From Catajapyx aquilonaris (taxonomy: Eukaryota), in the NCBI GenBank assembly GCA_000934665.2, contig JYFJ02003281.1, positions 1 through 44,174 on the forward strand: a stretch of 44,174 nt of DNA. The letters run 5' to 3'. Positions 23,051-35,760 of this stretch are shown here, one piece after another. Position numbers and translations under genes: made by a program. Under the pieces are notes generated by a model that was not told where the DNA came from, did no database searches, and saw only the letters and a program-made list of their open reading frames with translations. The first letter of the stretch is position 1. Every line of letters starts with the position of its first letter.

Positions 23051-24733
23051 CTTCGTCGAGGAAGCAGGCGGCGGAGGGCAAGTTGCAGGGAACGACGACC
23101 CGAAGAACGACGGCCAGGAGATGACGCCACCTGCACAATTATTTTAAAAAAAAAGATTTTACTTAATATGCAAGTTAAATTGGCGTAATATTAACAACAG
23201 CAACATTTGGACACAATATGCGGACTTATAAAACTACTTTAAATTAGGCAATGACTGACTGGCAGAGCCATCTGTCCGCCACGGATAGGAAGTGTTCATG
23301 ACGGGCTGATCGGAAGGCTCGTTCGACGTCTGGCGAATGGTGTCCGTCTGGCAGCCGGAGACAGGCAGGCACCTTCCTCGGTCTGCTGGTGGGCCGGTCA
23401 GCGGATGACCAGTGGTGCGTATGGTGGAGAAGGGAGCGGTGTCGGTCGCCAACTGCGCCTCCGATGGACCAGAGATAAAAGGCCCTCTGGGGGTGCGCAG
23501 AAGGCAGCCTCTGCCCCTGATTTTAATCTGTTGAGAGGGGGACTAATCTTTATTGATGGACTTCAAGGTCCCTGCCACTTATGACCTACCTGACACTACC
23601 TCCCACTTTTTGTGGACCAAGTAGTGTGGGGCTCTCCCCTGAAGAAGCACTGCAAGCCGAGAAAGTATTCGTGTGGTTAGGGGATTTTCTGCTTCTGCAG
23701 TTAGCATTGATCAAACTCCTGGAATTAATCTGACATGAATCACATGGATAGAGCACATGGATTTAGTCACGTAACTTAGCCAATGGGTAGACTGGGTGTA
23801 GAGGGGTGGGAAGAGTTGCTACTTCCCAAGTCGTGATATGTTGTGATGTGACATGTGACAGCACATGAGTGGCATATTTGCCCAGTAATTGCAAAGCTGA
23901 AGCTTATGAACAATACTGTACTGGGAAAAATGTAGATTTCAGTGGCAGGTCCTAGAAAAACCCTTGCTAAGAACAATTTGTAAGATTGCAAAATGGAAAT
24001 ACGTTACAGTTATTCTCAAGGTAATTCTAGATCCAGGCAGTATACCTCCACACCCCCTACATCCTATGCATTTGACAATCATTGAATCTTCTAGACCTGT
24101 ACACAATGTTCCACTTCAAGTGCCCATTTCATTAGTTGCCCATTGGAATTGTTATCAACATGCTGCATCATCTGACATGTTGGGCAGCAAACAGGTTCTT
24201 TAGAGTAGCATTTTGTAGCAGCATGTCTTCTGTAAGGTTGCATTTACACTCAGCCATCAACTGCTGCAGTGTCTTGGAAATGGATATGGAAGTCACATTG
24301 CTGCAGGCTGGTTGAAAATTCTAAACAGTGCATGTCCAGCTCCTTTAGACGTTTCTGATATGCAGTTAAGTATGTGTAAATGCTGTCTAGACAATATTTC
24401 ATAAATGCTTTAGCAGCATGATACTGAGTATGAAAGTGACCTTAGGTATAGTTTGGCATTAAGCCACATATTATTATGAAATGGTGACTCTTGATAAATT
24501 GCTCTTAGGGATCGTCAAAAATGTTAGCATTGCATTTTTTCTCAATGCACCACAGTATGCAAAACTACTTGAAAGTCAGTCACATTTTGCTTTTGAAAAT
24601 GTAATGACCCCTTGGATTTTAAAAAATATGTGCAACATTAAACTGAGTGGTTTGAAAGTTTCTTTCTTTCATGAATATTAAAAGTTCCAAATCATGTATT
24701 CTTAAAAACTCACATCTCAGCATATATTTTAAC

Positions 24734-26178
24734 CAGAGGCGGAAATGGCTTATATGGCAAGGACTGAAATTGTGCCCCTGCCCACACATCTGAAACCCAT
24801 CTTCAGTTCAAATATACCAGTCAAGACTTCTTTAATATTTTTTTGGGACATATGACATGACTCATAAAAATTACAACGGCTCCTTCCTTGCTTTCACTGA
24901 TGCAATTTGGTCTATGATGTGGTCAAAGTCAGTTTTTGTCAGTTTCTTGTCTTCTCTTTCTACTCTCAGCAGAGCACTGGTCTCTCGAGTCTCTCGATGT
25001 CACAGAGTCTGGTGTGTTGATCCATGGAGCAACCATAACAAACACGATATTTGTCCATGGGACTTCATTTCCATTGTTCCTTAGGTCTCTTATAACTCAT
25101 ATAATGACGTTTCATTTTGTCTAACCTTTGTTTTTGACCTAGGGGCATTCAAAAACCTGAAGTCATCGAAATATTGGTGTCATTCCAAATCAAATGGGCT
25201 GAAATTCTGCTTTAGACCATGTCAGATTTTGGTGAAAAAAATCACAGTTGCAGTACACATCTATGCCAGCATGGTCAAAGTCCAATAAACATAATATAAT
25301 TATGTCAAATGAAAGAGAAAGCCGAGGGGAGAATGCGCCTATGGAATTAGTGACACATGTCCACGAATTTGGGCCCCCGAAAATTAGTGGGCAAATCTGC
25401 AAATATTATTTTTTCTTGCGAAGGTGCGAGACATGCATGAACCAGACTTAAAACGGAACATATTAAACCTTGTGTGGGTCACAACTCCTGGATCACCAAA
25501 ATAATATGGCTGCTCTTACCCAAGTATATCACTAATTGTTGGGGTCAAAATATTTGGACATTTGACTGAGCATGTGGCCAATGGAATGCCACACACATTT
25601 TTCTGGTTACATTTTTAGAGGGAAACAAATTCCAAAGGTGCATTCTCGTCGTCTTTCTCTTTCATTTGATGTAGATGTTGATTGAGTTTTGACAATTTCC
25701 ACTAACCTAAAAAATATCAAAAAAAGGCCTAATTTTCAGCCCCTTCCCAAATTTCGCGATTTCTTTTCTTCCCACGGTATTGCGCAATATGGCTGAAACT
25801 TGACACTTATGGTTACGTCATAGGTGTGTACAGCTGTGATTTCTTTTGGCAAAATCCGGTATGATCTAGCAACATTGATTCGGAAAGACCGGCTATATTT
25901 CGAGGACTTTGGTTTTATGACTGCCCCAAGAAAAAAAAAAGTTCAGACAACATGAATGGTGATTATGAGTTACTAGTGCCCTAAGGAACATGGAGATGCC
26001 ATGAATACCAGTGGACAAAAAGTTGATTTTTGTTACATAGTGTAAAGATCATCTAAAGAAAATTTTATTTTCACCGTCCGAAGATAGCTCATTGACTAAC
26101 AGAAAGTGCTCAGTGGCGCCCCCTTCAAGTGGCGCCAATGGCACCTGCCATACTTGCCATACCCTAGTTACCCCTCTG
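24734..26178. mobile_element. hAT-like non-autonomous element
   Basis: Termini CAGAGG...CCTCTG with a perfect 8-bp TSD ATTTTAAC at 24726-24733 and 26179-26186. Confidence 0.8.
25142..25926. mobile_element. Nested MITE with long imperfect inverted arms
   Basis: GGGGCATTCAAAAACCTGAAGTCATCGAAATAT pairs with ATATTTCGAGGACTTTGGTTTTATGACTGCCCC. A further inverted pair lies at 25304-25350 and 25625-25671. Confidence 0.65.
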
Positions 26179-26885
26179 ATTTTAACACCCACTTAAGAGT
26201 CACATTATTATCATTGCACTCATGTTATCTCTAAATCGATGCGTGATGGCCTTCACACACCTTTCTGCTAGCACATGAAGACAGTGAGTGGCCTAATTTT
26301 AGTGCACATAGAGATCAGATGAGAGATGAAAAGTAGGCCTGCAGATAAATAAGGATTTGCGTGTGGTGACGAAGGCTACATTTACATTTAGCAATGCTGT
26401 CCAGGCTGGTTCCACTGTGCAGCATACTCAGAGGGGACTCGAAGCAGTCCCTGGCCATTCCAATCTAGCCTTGTTAAATAATAATAATTGACCTGGTATC
26501 CAGTATTCAGCACTACTATTCACTCAGAACAAGTTGATAAGAGCTGCATTCTGGCTTCAAAATTTAAACAACCTGAGTACAGCTTATAAGACTCAATGTA
26601 TTTCTGAGATGCTGCAGGACTCTTTGAAGCAGCCTGCTGACCAGGGCCTTTCTCTGCTGCCAAATAGTTGGACTTAGTGTGATGTAACTGCATCCTTAAT
26701 TTTCACCCCTTAGCAGCAGGAGGGGTAGCCAGGCATCAGCTCTGCTTCAAATTACTTTTTACAAGGCCATAGGAGGAGACTTGGTCTTTCAATTCTTGAT
26801 TTGTAGACATTTTTGCAACCAGAGGAAGGGAAATCACATGTAACTGTAGTCAAATGCTGCAGTGAGGCACAATTATGTATTACTT

Positions 26886-27167
26886 AATAATAATAATAAT
26901 AATATAATAATGGATACCCCGTGATTGGCCCCTTGGGCCTCTTAGGGGATCATCTTTTGAATACCCGACTTTAATCATATTTGCCTGTAATGTGATGGAT
27001 TTTGATAGTGGGAGGAAACGGGAGAACCCCGAGAAAACCCACGCGAACACGGAGAGAACCCATCGAAACTCTATCCACATAAGTATCCTCCGTCCGACCC
27101 GGGGATCGAACTCGGGACCTTAGAGGTGGAAGGCTGCGGCGCTAACCGCTCGGCCACCGTGTCGCCC
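26886..27167 (-). mobile_element. Full-length tRNA-derived SINE with a V-domain-like core
   Basis: A box GTGGCCGAGCGG, B box GTTCGATCCC, core GTTCTCTCCGTGTTCGCGTGGGTTTTCTCGGGGTTCTCCCGTTTCCTCCCAC, an (ATT)n tail, and a 14-bp TSD ATTATGTATTACTT at 26872-26885 and 27168-27181. Confidence 0.92.
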
Positions 27168-28704
27168 ATTATGTATTACTTTTCAGGCCTATTCACTTGT
27201 CACATTTCAAGTCAGTGATGTAACAGGCTGCAAAGCCAGAAAAGATTGCACATGTTCAAACCTAGGCAGCAGGTGGCAGGGAGCATGCCACCCACTATAG
27301 GGTCCCTTTCGCATGATGACATTGATGGTATACTGCCAAATGCATAGTAGGAGTAGGCCTTTGTAAATGTGTGTTGAACATGTCGTGATGCGTTTCCCTC
27401 TCACAATACTGTAGTTTGAGCTATAGGCTGGGGACTCAGAGATTGCACACATTCACTGACCCCTTCTGATGATGGAGGAAGAACATTTTTAGGGAGTGTA
27501 CCAGGTGGGGTGAATATGATACAGTACGAAATAATGGAGTGGTGCAATGCAATAGGGTATCCATTTCACATGGTAACCCCACAGGTTTCCCTCCTACATC
27601 ATCAAAAGGAATGGCCTTATGTGTGGAATGTAAGGATACTTAGCTGTCTTGTAACTTTAATTGAAAATATCACAACAGATTATATTGAGAAAGGGCTAGC
27701 TTGGATCAAAAAGGCAAGCATAACGATTTTAGTGATGTGCTTCTTATAACATTGAAAAATTTTATTACACATTCTATCATTCGCTTGCACAGTCATTAAA
27801 TTCTTTCTGGATATTCTGCCCCATATGCAACTGCAGACTGTTGAGTAAGTGGCAAAGCGATTAACATTCCCATTGAATCAAGGTAAATTATAACAGCGAA
27901 TAAATTGCTTATATTTTGAACATGTTCGTCTAAAAGACTTGTCTGCACCACCACACACTTGTGCGAAGTTTCCAAACACCATTGGCGGTGACAAGAGGAT
28001 GATTAATTGTCCTATTTGCATGCCGCATACTTCCTCTCACTGACAGATGCTGATCTGTTTTTAGGGTCTTGGCCCAGAGCCATGTTTTGCGGTTTTGGCA
28101 AATGTGAGGAGCTGCCAGAGATTTGGGGAAAAGAGGGCAGATCCAAGATGGAGGCCAAACAACGTAGGGGAGAGGAAGGCATGAAAGGAATTGTTGCGTA
28201 GTGCAGGTTAAAAACAGTGACAACACCTTAAAAAAGAATGGTTGGGCCAAAGGAGCTTGTGTTTGCATGCTGATGGATATCGAGACTCCTTGGCTCTAGT
28301 AAGTGTGTGTTGTAGTGTTAGGGTGGATATGAATATTTTGCATGCCATGCAAGACACATGTGATTCATTGAGGTGGTGAGTGTGCCCTGGGGCTATTTTT
28401 GCATCGGGATGTGGAAATGTGCAGGGTTTTGGCCCCAATATTATTTCGCAATAGGGGTGGTGGTGGGAAAAGCATTTTGCTTATTCTACACAAGTTCAAG
28501 TGTGTGTATGTGGGTGTTGAAGTTACATAATTTGTGTTTATCACCATTGCTTTTTCCATTCTATTTCTGGACTCAGGAACTCTGCAATGCAAAGTCTATA
28601 TTAAGTCACATATGGCATCCAGATGTGAAACGCTAACTTTTTAATGTCTTTGCTTTCATGCTTGTAGCAGACTTGAGGCATGGTGAAAGAGACGTGTGGC
28701 AACA

Positions 28705-31700
28705 ATGGCCTCTGACAGCAGCCCATTCCTGGTTCAGGCAGCCTACTCTTTCAAAGGCACTAACAATGATGAGGTATATGGTAAAGTAGTTATACTTCTT
28801 CAAGATGGTGATATGTCTTTTTTCTCTCTGCAGTTATGTTTCAAGAAAGGCGACATTATAACTGTGACACAAGTAGAAGAAGGTGGATGGTGGGAAGGAA
28901 CTCTTAGTGGGAAAACAGGATGGTTTCCTTCAAATTATGTGAAAGAGTATAAGCCTACAGGTAAGTGGGTTATTGTGTTGTAATAAAACATGATGGAACT
29001 GTAGGAATTGCAGATTATGGAAGTCCAGTTGGTCCTGTTCCACCAAAATTGCCACCTGAAATTGTGGCACAGCAGAAAGCGTACCGGAACTTGGTTCTGA
29101 AGGATTTGGTGGACTCAGAGAGAGCTCATGTGACAGAGATGCAGAATCTGATGAAGAATTTTATACATCCACTGGGAAAATCTGATTTGTAAGTGTGCTC
29201 AGAATGTGACTAACAACTGCTGTATGTCATTGTAGAACTTATTCCAACTGCATTTTTTATGGAGCCTTTTTATTTAAGTTGACCACATTTTGTTGGTCTG
29301 TTTTTCATGACATTTGGTACTGTTGCATCACTGCCTGCAACAAAAGTTGCAATATTATGGTTGTAACATTTCTTATTGCCACACAGGTTGACAGATGCTG
29401 AGTTCCACCAATTAGTGGGAAATATTGAGGACATAGTTGACCTTCATCGAAAACTCCTTGCATCTCTGGATGACTGCTTGATGAAACCTGCCTTGGAGCA
29501 GAGGATGGGAAAGATATTCCTCACGACTGCCTCTCACCTGAAGCCCACTTATGTGTCATACTGCTCTAACCATCCGAAGGCTGTCTGCATAATTGAAAAA
29601 CATCGTGCTGCCCTTGAGTCCTTCATGGAATCTCAAGGTGCTCACTCCCCTGGAATAATGGCCCTAACAACAGGCCTCAGCAAGCCTTTCAGACGCCTGG
29701 AGAAATATGCAGGAATGCTTCAAGAATTGGAGCGTCACATGGCAGAGGACCATCCAGATCGAGGTGACACCCAGCGGTCAGTTCATGTGTATAAGGAGGT
29801 GTCTTCATCATGCTCAGCAGTCCGGCGCCAGAAAGAAATGGAGCTGGAAGTGCTGACTGGAACTGTGAGGGGATGGGAAGGAGAGGACATCCAGCACCTT
29901 GGGGATATTGTTCACATGGGATCAGTGGCTGTGGGGGCAGATCATTCTGACCGCCACCTGGTCCTCTTCCCATCCACATTGCTCCTTCTCAGTGTTAGTC
30001 CCAGGATGAGTGCTTTCATTTATGAGGGAAAGTTGCCACTCTCTGGGGTCAACGTCAATCGACTCGAGGACACCGAGCAGTACAAGAATGCCTTTGAGAT
30101 AGTCGGTCAGTGTATTGGAAGGGTGAAAGTGTTGATACTTCATGTAACTGGAGGTAGAACATTTAGCTATCACTTTCAAATGTGAGAAATCATGTTATCT
30201 TCAGTTAAAATCTTTCTGAACCACTTTTGCAGCAGTTGAATGCTGCAGAGATTGCTGTTGAAGCACCAATACATTAGTTTATAAATACAAACGTTATTAT
30301 TCTCTCCTAATTGGTGTGCCATTTGCATTACGTTTCAGGTCCAATGATTGATCGTATCCTAGCGGTGTGCCAGACACAAGAGGACCGAAACACATGGGTT
30401 GAGCTCCTTAGACAACAGATCCGTGCTTCAAGGGCTGTCTCTAGTGCATCCTCCCTCAGATCACCTGTGACGCCCTCTTATGTAAGTCCCTTCCCGCCTT
30501 ACTCCCAACTCACCTCATATGTAGCAATGTTGTGTCACACTGGTGTCCTTACACGAACAGTGCTTAAGCGTCTTCTGTATGAGCCTACCTCTAGTCACCA
30601 TTGGTGCTCAGTGTCACGAAGGAGACGGACTCATGTGGTTCAGTGTGTAATTTATCCCAAGTGTGAAATTGCACATGAGAGTGAAGGTTTTGTGAAGTAT
30701 TACGACCCAAATGAAAGTGACAATTTTGATGTTGGCCAGTGCAACATTGGGGATATCAAGGGCAGTGAATTTCATGCCGAACCTAATTTAGCGCCAGTGC
30801 GAGTGCATCATGAACAGTTTGTAATTGGAACCTACCCTAATCATGATCTTACTAATTGCGATATGTTACGTGTCAAGCCTCTCATTGTGCCATCTCGGCT
30901 CTCTTGTCGTGAGCAGTTTGTAGACAGTGCATTCCCAAAGATGGAGTCGCAGTCAATGCCGTCCCTTCTGACACCACAAGTATCTAGGCCACCTTCAAAA
31001 ACAACATGCTATGTCCAAGTTGTGCAGGACATTGATCCATGGTCTGATAGCCAGTCATCTGACTCTGGGCTGGCAGACCTCTCACAAATGACTATGAAGG
31101 ACAGCTGGACAGGACTGTCCAGCTCTGGACTCTCACCTCAGTCAATATCAACCAGTAGCCTCTTCCAATGGAAACCCAGTCCAGAGCTTCCTCCTAGAAC
31201 ATCGGCCCCACCACATTTCAGTTCGGTGACAGGATTAGAGTTCTCAGACTCCTCCACATCGTGTCAGGAGTTGCCCTTGACCTGGGGCGGCCCAGGAGCA
31301 GACCAGGGACAGATGTACAGGTCCTCACTCTACGCACACTGGTGGCTAAAAGCAAAACTAACACCTGATATGCTCCGGGAGGAGGCTCCCAAAACAGGCA
31401 AGGAGGCAACCACTCTTTCAGTGTATGCTACATGGTGTCATCTGTGGACCAGAATTGGCATCCAACTACCATGAACTTTAACCCTAGGCATGTTTAGTGT
31501 AGCTGTTTTGGAGTGTGGCCTCCTTGCCTGTTTTAACCCCATTAATGCTGTTTAACAGTGTTGTTCAAGGGCCACTGTCCTAAAAATTCAAACTTTAAAA
31601 TTTTAAACATCACATGACTTTCAAAAAGCATGCCAGTGAAATCTTTAAAAAGTGTGACATTCCAAATGGAAGAAATGAATTTTCAAGCTTGATGCTGGCA

Positions 31701-34700
31701 AGAGCACATGACAGCACATGGCAGCACATGACATGAGTAAGTCACTTCAACAATGGAAGCATCGTTCTTGTCTCCCTTCACATCCATATGTACTTCTTCG
31801 GTTACTGTTGGAAGTGACCAGATCCAGTGGAGAGGATCTGGCATTGCTTTTTCGTAGCATTTAAGAGTAGTGCAGCTCACGAAGCTCACATGAACTGAAA
31901 GTCGTGGTGGGTGAGGGCATAAGTGTCCAACCCAGGAGGACGGACCAAGGCAATGTTTAAAAAAAAACAATAGTGAGTGGTCACTCTAAGCCTGTACTGA
32001 GGCAGTGGCCCTTCCACACATCCTGAATGTTCTCACAGTGCAGTGGCTCAATTTAATGCTGAAATCCACCCACTTGCCATTGCCGAACCATAGGGTGATG
32101 ATTTACAAGTAATGGGCAGAGAAGCATATTTTTCCCTGCACTTTAACCAGGTGAAAGGCATTTTTATCATTACACGTGTCACTTTTTGAATGCTAGGGAC
32201 CTACTCCTGTGCTTCCATTCTGCACATCATCTCAAAAAATTGTAATTGGGAGACAGTGGTCCGTGAAAGTGACCTTACTCTGATTTGGTCTGCTATGATT
32301 AAAATAAAATAAGGATAAGGCAAATAGCATGGTAAACTGTTCATTATTTATGACCAGCTGGCATGTCTTGCTCTCCAACGTTGCCATTAACCCTGAGGCG
32401 TATTGGCTTTGTGACTTTCTATTTTCAGATCAACACCATGTGCTTCTGGCTGAAATGTAGGGATTGTCATTTTTTAAATAACAGAGGGCAGATGTCTGTA
32501 GACACTGGCTTTCCCTCTAACGAAGACTGTGGGCTACGCTAAATTTGGTCAAAATGCTTTCAAAACAATGTTTTTTTGTTTTTTTGTTAAAATCAGATGG
32601 CAGCGTGTGTCAGGTTTTGGCTTTCTGGCTTGCCATAATTTTGTTATATTTCTTGATTGCATTTGTAAATTAGGGTTATAGACTATCACTCAGAAAAATT
32701 TGGCTGAGTTTTGATGATTAGCTTGAGAAATACGAGTTTATGATTAGCATCCGTTAACACACAAGGGTTCGGGAGTAGAAGGTGATAACCCTCAAATGGG
32801 TCGTAATTGAGTTATCACCTTCTTCTCCCGAACCCTATTGTAATCCATATGTCCAAAAAAAGAATAGGGATAAGGAAGGCTTCGGGTGAAGGTGATAACT
32901 CAATTCCGACCCATTTGAGAGTTATCACCTTCTACTCCCGAACCCTTCTATTATAGATTCAGAATTGCCAACAGGGTCCCATGACCACCAAATTTACATA
33001 ATTTTAATTTTTTGAAGAGCCTCAAGTCTAAGCTAAGCATTAATGTACAACTTTCCTATATAATCTTTTATTGTAACATTGTTTTGGGGTCATACATAAT
33101 TTACTAAATATCTGTTTAAAAATTCAAATATAAGGACATAATGTGCAGTCCTCATCAACGAGACCAACTCTGTGGATGACATGTATGCTAACTATAATTT
33201 ATTAATTTATTTTGTTTCAGAGCAATGGACTGGGCATGACAGGGCTGAGAAGCAGCCCCACGCACCAGAAAAGTAAGCCATGGAGTGCATGCTGCCTGCG
33301 CCCTGCCCCACCTCTCCGCCCCTGCCTGGCCTTAGGGAGGGAGGAGGGGCAGCGTAAGGGCAGCCGTGCCATGGGAAGGAAAAGGGAGGAGCACAGCTTT
33401 GAGGATGATGCACAGATCCTGCAGGTGATCGAGGCTTACTGCACTAGTGCCAAGACCAGGCATATTGTCAATTCGTGTGAGTAACATAACTATACACATT
33501 ATCTTTCAATTCTATGGTCTTTGATGGTACAAAATAGTAATTACATCACATACACGGAAACTCTTAATTTACTATGCTTGTAACAAATGATGGGACAGAA
33601 AGATGCAATTTTGATTTTGGTTTCCCATTTACTTGTGGAGATTACCGTAACTTTTAACAAGATCACAAAGGATATGCTGATGTAATGGATTTGTCATGGT
33701 GAAACCAGCCCTCAACCTCTAAAAAATCTGTTAAAAGTTTTAAAATATATATTTTTAAAATGTAGGATCTAATATATCTGCTGTTACCCCTGGAAAAATT
33801 CAAATTGAGGAGAAAGTATTTTGTTGTTTTCAAACAAGGTGTCTTGTGAGGAATTTTATGTGTGTACATAATGGTTGTGTGTATGTGAAATTCATGAGGA
33901 GATTGTTGCATGATTTCTTTAAAACTGTACATAGATACTGAAAATGTGGAAGTTGAGAATGCAGCTCTTCTTTTATCTCTCTTTTCCATGCTGGTTTCCA
34001 ATTCCAATTGGGGATCTTATTAATTAAAAAATTATTGCCAATGACGGATGCAGTGGACCTTGGGCACCTGTCCCGTGGTAACGTATTGTTGCATGGGCCC
34101 TGCAGCAACCCTGCTTGCGTAGAGTGTAGGTGTGGAGGCGGAGATAAAGTGCGAGCTTCCACCTGGTGTTGTGGCAGCTTCGTCATTCGGACCATTCGGA
34201 AGGCTCACTTCGATTAGAGCATGACAATTATTTAGAGTCAAGTAGGGTGACTAACACTTTTGGTTTCTTCCTTGGTTGTCATTTTGTCCTTCATTTTTGC
34301 ATTGTACCCGTCTTTATTGTCCCCTTTTTTGGTATTAGCATGCTCATATGCACTCAAGTGACAATCAAATGCTGCTGTGCAGGGCTTAGCAACTGTAAAC
34401 TTGTATTCTGCCTTGACAGGTATATTCCAAATAATTCTTTTTGTGAGACAGTTCCTGTATTGTTGCACAATTGTGAAGTTTGTAGTATGGAAGAAGCTAT
34501 TTCAAGTCTTGAATCTCAATTGATAATTCTCAGGAAAGCAGTCATTGTTTACTCTGTAGGTTTCATTGTTACGGCTCAAGTAGTTCATTGTTGCCGATTT
34601 TTAGGTGCCGATGGCTGGTTTATGCAAATAATGAAAAACTAAAGGTGTTGATACCTGGAGTACAAACGAAACGATTCAGGGTGCTTGAAAATATCGCAAG

Positions 34701-35448
34701 TTTCATCTACTCTATCAACATTTGAGGGCTCATATTAATGCCAAAGAGAAATGAGTTTTAACCATATTTAACATGACTAACAATGTGAAATCAAGTGCCA
34801 AACATTGGGAGAGGAAGGAATGAATATGGAGGCTTGTCCGTAAGATATTATTTTTAAAGTAGGTGTAGCGGTATCATAATTGTGTGCCAAAAGAAGCATG
34901 TATTCTTTATACAAGTGGTTATTGTTAAAAATGCATACATTTCTTGCCAAAGTGGAACTGAAATAATAAAAAAGGAAGTGGTTTCCACAACTGCAGTATT
35001 TACTGAGTGTCTTTAATTTGTTTTTGTCTATTTAATGCACATGCAACAAGGCAACATATATCAGGTAACCAAAACATTACGAGTTTTATCAAATTGGTGA
35101 TTTGAAACCATTGTTTTCTTCTTTGCAGCCATGTTGGATAGTCCACAGGTTTTGATAGCTGAAGAAGAAAAGATAATTATTGAGAAGACGTCTGGTAATG
35201 AAACAATTGTTGAGGAAAAGTAAGGATTGTGCCTTTTTAACATCTGACAGGAATTTTATCTGACTTTACTTTTTAGGAGCTTGGTTGACACTGTATATGC
35301 CTTGAAAGATGAGGTAAAGGACCTCCGCGGGCAGCTCTCTACACTTGGGCAACGTTTAGAGGAAGAGAGGCGTGCAAGACTTGGACTGCACAATGCAGTT
35401 CGCACTCACCTGTTGCCTACTTTGGATCCTTTTCGTGGCGAAGAGTGA
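28705..35448 (+). CDS. ARHGEF7: Rho guanine nucleotide exchange factor 7 (beta-PIX / RtGEF)
   Basis: Exons 28705-28773 and 28834-28960 (SH3, GGWWEG...WFPSNYV), 29014-29188, 29387-30105 (DH-PH), 30339-30481, 33221-33476 ([26 protein letters not shown]-binding), 35129-35219 ([12 protein letters not shown]) and 35277-35448 ([13 protein letters not shown] coiled coil). All phases are consistent. Confidence 0.95.
32763..32947. repeat. Double-hairpin element: two self-palindromic units in inverted orientation
   Basis: 32764-32836 is a hairpin (AGGGTTCGGGAGTAGAAGGTGATAAC...GTTATCACCTTCTTCTCCCGAACCCT). 32877-32947 is close to its reverse complement, including the loop. Confidence 0.85.
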
Positions 35449-35595
35449 TGCATGCTTAGCCATACCAGTGATATTTAAGATATACTGTATAGGGTCGTCA
35501 GTAACTCCTACGCATTGGGCAGGTAGGGTGACTTCTTATTTTTCATAATAATCTTCACCAGGCAGGAGGTGTCACAACAGTATTCCTTTGTGGAA

Positions 35596-35760
35596 GCGGA
35601 ATGGTGGTGCAGTGGCTAATGTCACTTTGAGATGCAGAGCTCAATACTCAGGTTAGACAGAGGACACTTTCTCATGTGGAAAGAGTTTCGAGAGGTTGTC
35701 TCCGTGTTCAGTTGGGTTTTCTCAGGTTCTTCCGCTTCCTCCCACAGTCCAAAACTCTTT
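35596..35760 (+). mobile_element. Degenerate SINE related to 26886-27167, just downstream of the ARHGEF7 stop
   Basis: GGTGGTGCAGTGG head plus GAGTTTCGAGAGGTTGTCTCCGTGTTCAGTTGGGTTTTCTCAGGTTCTTCCGCTTCCTCCCAC core. Confidence 0.75.

Noticed and set aside
23633..23684. Hammerhead-ribozyme-like string CCC-CTGAAGA...GAAA...TA-GGGG
   Set aside because: Stems II and III pair poorly. At best a decayed Penelope-type remnant.
27090..27167. tRNA-like sequence
   Set aside because: It is the head of a TSD-flanked SINE, not a tRNA gene.
31560..32270. Weak inverted match GGCCACTGTC / GACAGTGGTCC
   Set aside because: Too degenerate to define termini or a TSD.
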